This document shows, piece by piece, positions 63,401 through 64,000 of a DNA stretch of 64,000 bases (its first letter is position 1; each line of letters opens with the position of its first letter). The translations under genes were made by a program, and so were the position numbers. A model generated the notes under the pieces. The model saw only the letters and a program-made list of their open reading frames with translations. It made no database searches and had not been told where the DNA came from. The DNA lies in NCBI GenBank assembly GCA_045863395.1, contig BTVJ01000010.1, positions 64,001-128,000 on the forward strand, written 5' to 3'. The DNA is from Myxococcales bacterium. Its GTDB lineage: Bacteria; Myxococcota_A; UBA9042; JABWCM01; BTVJ01.

Positions 63401-64000
63401 ACGCCGGGGCCGCGTGCAACGACGGCAACCCGTGCACCTTCGACACCTGCGACGACGGGGGCGGCTGCGTCCACGTCCCCCTGGGCTACGGCCCGTGCAG
63501 CGACGGCAGCGCGTGTACCGCGGGAGACACCTGCGAGGAGGGCACATGCAAGCCTGGTGAGCCTCTGGACTGCGACGACTTCAACCCGTGCACGACGACG
63601 TTCTGCGACGCCCTCGCGGGGTGCGGCTCGACGCCAAAGATCGGTGGCGCCTGCGACGACTTCAATGCATGCACGTCGGCGGACACCTGCGGCGCGAACG
63701 GCTGCGCGGGCAAGCCGCCGGTCGACGGTGGCGCATCCATGTGCAACGACGGCAACCCCTGCACCGCCGACCTGTGTGACGGCCCCGGCGGGTGCAACCA
63801 CGTCCCGGCCATCAACGAGCCCTGCAACGACTCCAACAAGTGCACGGAGGACGACGCCTGCACCGCCGCCGGCACCTGCGACGGGCACGCGCCGAGCTGC
63901 GACGACACCGACGAGTGCACCCTCGACTCGTGCAACCCCGCGACCGGCGCTTGCGTCCACACGGGCAACGCGGGCGCGCCGTGTGCGGACGGCAGCGAGT
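60484..64000 (+). CDS. Very large Cys-rich repeat lipoprotein (3'-partial)
   Basis: RBS AGGAGG; MSRSLTLAITLLLVAC lipobox; dozens of CDDGDPCTxDxC repeats; no stop seen before the window end, so it is absent from the ORF track. Confidence 0.9.
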   Translation, partial: MSRSLTLAITLLLVACATDEPKGLSDFKPPKGDTAEDEDAAGDATAPEPDVADDAGGLPDIAPDTPEEADVPQEPCVTDEDCPLPLDLCAPRAACFDGACVPGSLPAVVCDPSGDTACRVATCMPATGECALVATGSGEPCDDGDVCTSDDKCTPAGACAGTPLPCTDGDPCTDDWCEGGTCTSKVKSCEDGNLCTLDTCVAGLCTHEPTTCDDGDPCTTDTCNPNGGCQWSKKLCDDGDPCTKDACVGGVCNFAEVPGCKVECLTPKDCDDGDACTEELCTVEGCGHKPLVCNDGNPCNGTEGCSPDTGCFKGPDIPQCADNDPCTLEDCVAFKGCVTVPVDCNDGLPCTKDACVAGKCTNTVDLSVCGSANQPGGCVEWTCHPVSGCVAEPVSCNDGDPCTLDACAETGCTHKLVEGCGVQCTSPQDCDNGDPCDGIEGCDDGICVVGEPPTCDDGDPCTLDTCLGTCVNVPATGQPCDDGEPCTTDETCTPEGCVGPFTDCDDGNPCTADECVGGLGCAHVPTPGDPCDDGDPCTAGTYCAGASCEGGGGACDDDDPCTTDACDGGTCTHAAASNGAPCDDGDPCTLKDTCASGQCTPGLACDDGDLCTLDVCEAGVGCSWMEDNCADGNPCTLDFCGALGCEHVAVPGCGGACTTDDQCDDENACTGVETCVAGGCAIGSLLDCDDGDPCTLDGCDATTGCSSEPRDDGTPCSDGSPCTVGDTCFSGNCEATALTCESPDPCVTGSCNPVEGGCSYVPVPDGTCNDGSACTIDTCKPGAGCTYTPVETCDDGDPCTDDSCDPSKGCVHAPRGLGAPCEDSDACTSNTTCDAAGKCTGAKKTCNDLNPCTADSCDPKTAKCVFTDVGPAACDDGEPCTADACDPAKGCVHPPDSCDDGDPCTEDACYVGLGCGHAPLPPNACGDSNPCTNDYCEPGVGCVHPQVNEGLPCNDGKVCTTDDKCSGVVCVGNAGAACNDGNPCTFDTCDDGGGCVHVPLGYGPCSDGSACTAGDTCEEGTCKPGEPLDCDDFNPCTTTFCDALAGCGSTPKIGGACDDFNACTSADTCGANGCAGKPPVDGGASMCNDGNPCTADLCDGPGGCNHVPAINEPCNDSNKCTEDDACTAAGTCDGHAPSCDDTDECTLDSCNPATGACVHTGNAGAPCADGSE

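Overview
High-GC bacterial window, most likely Myxococcota. This is inferred from a MYXO-CTERM-like tail, many Cys-rich lipoproteins, a PEGA-type Ser/Thr kinase and a CarH-type regulator. From left to right it holds: a 5'-truncated Rhs protein; a sigma54-type promoter and four small Cys-paired lipoprotein genes; an ABC-2 exporter; housekeeping/envelope genes (FKBP, gluQ, pruA, PHP metallohydrolase, M61 peptidase, TerC, SDR, dacB, SBP, TlpA, hslO, PilZ); a carotenoid locus (crtE/crtD ... crtB-crtI/carH) with candidate CarH operators; a MoxR-DUF58-VWA operon; Slt; a kinase; and a very large Cys-repeat lipoprotein running off the right end. The carotenoid locus is split by an ~8 kb accessory segment. 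That segment carries relics of two CRISPR-Cas subtypes (a csb2 3' fragment and a frameshifted, truncated cas3), a 21-bp-periodic array beside an unknown helical protein, an IS-end-like scar, and an HNH protein gene with internal 18-bp palindromic repeats. No CRISPR array, rRNA or tRNA was seen. All family calls come from motif recognition by eye, not from database searches.
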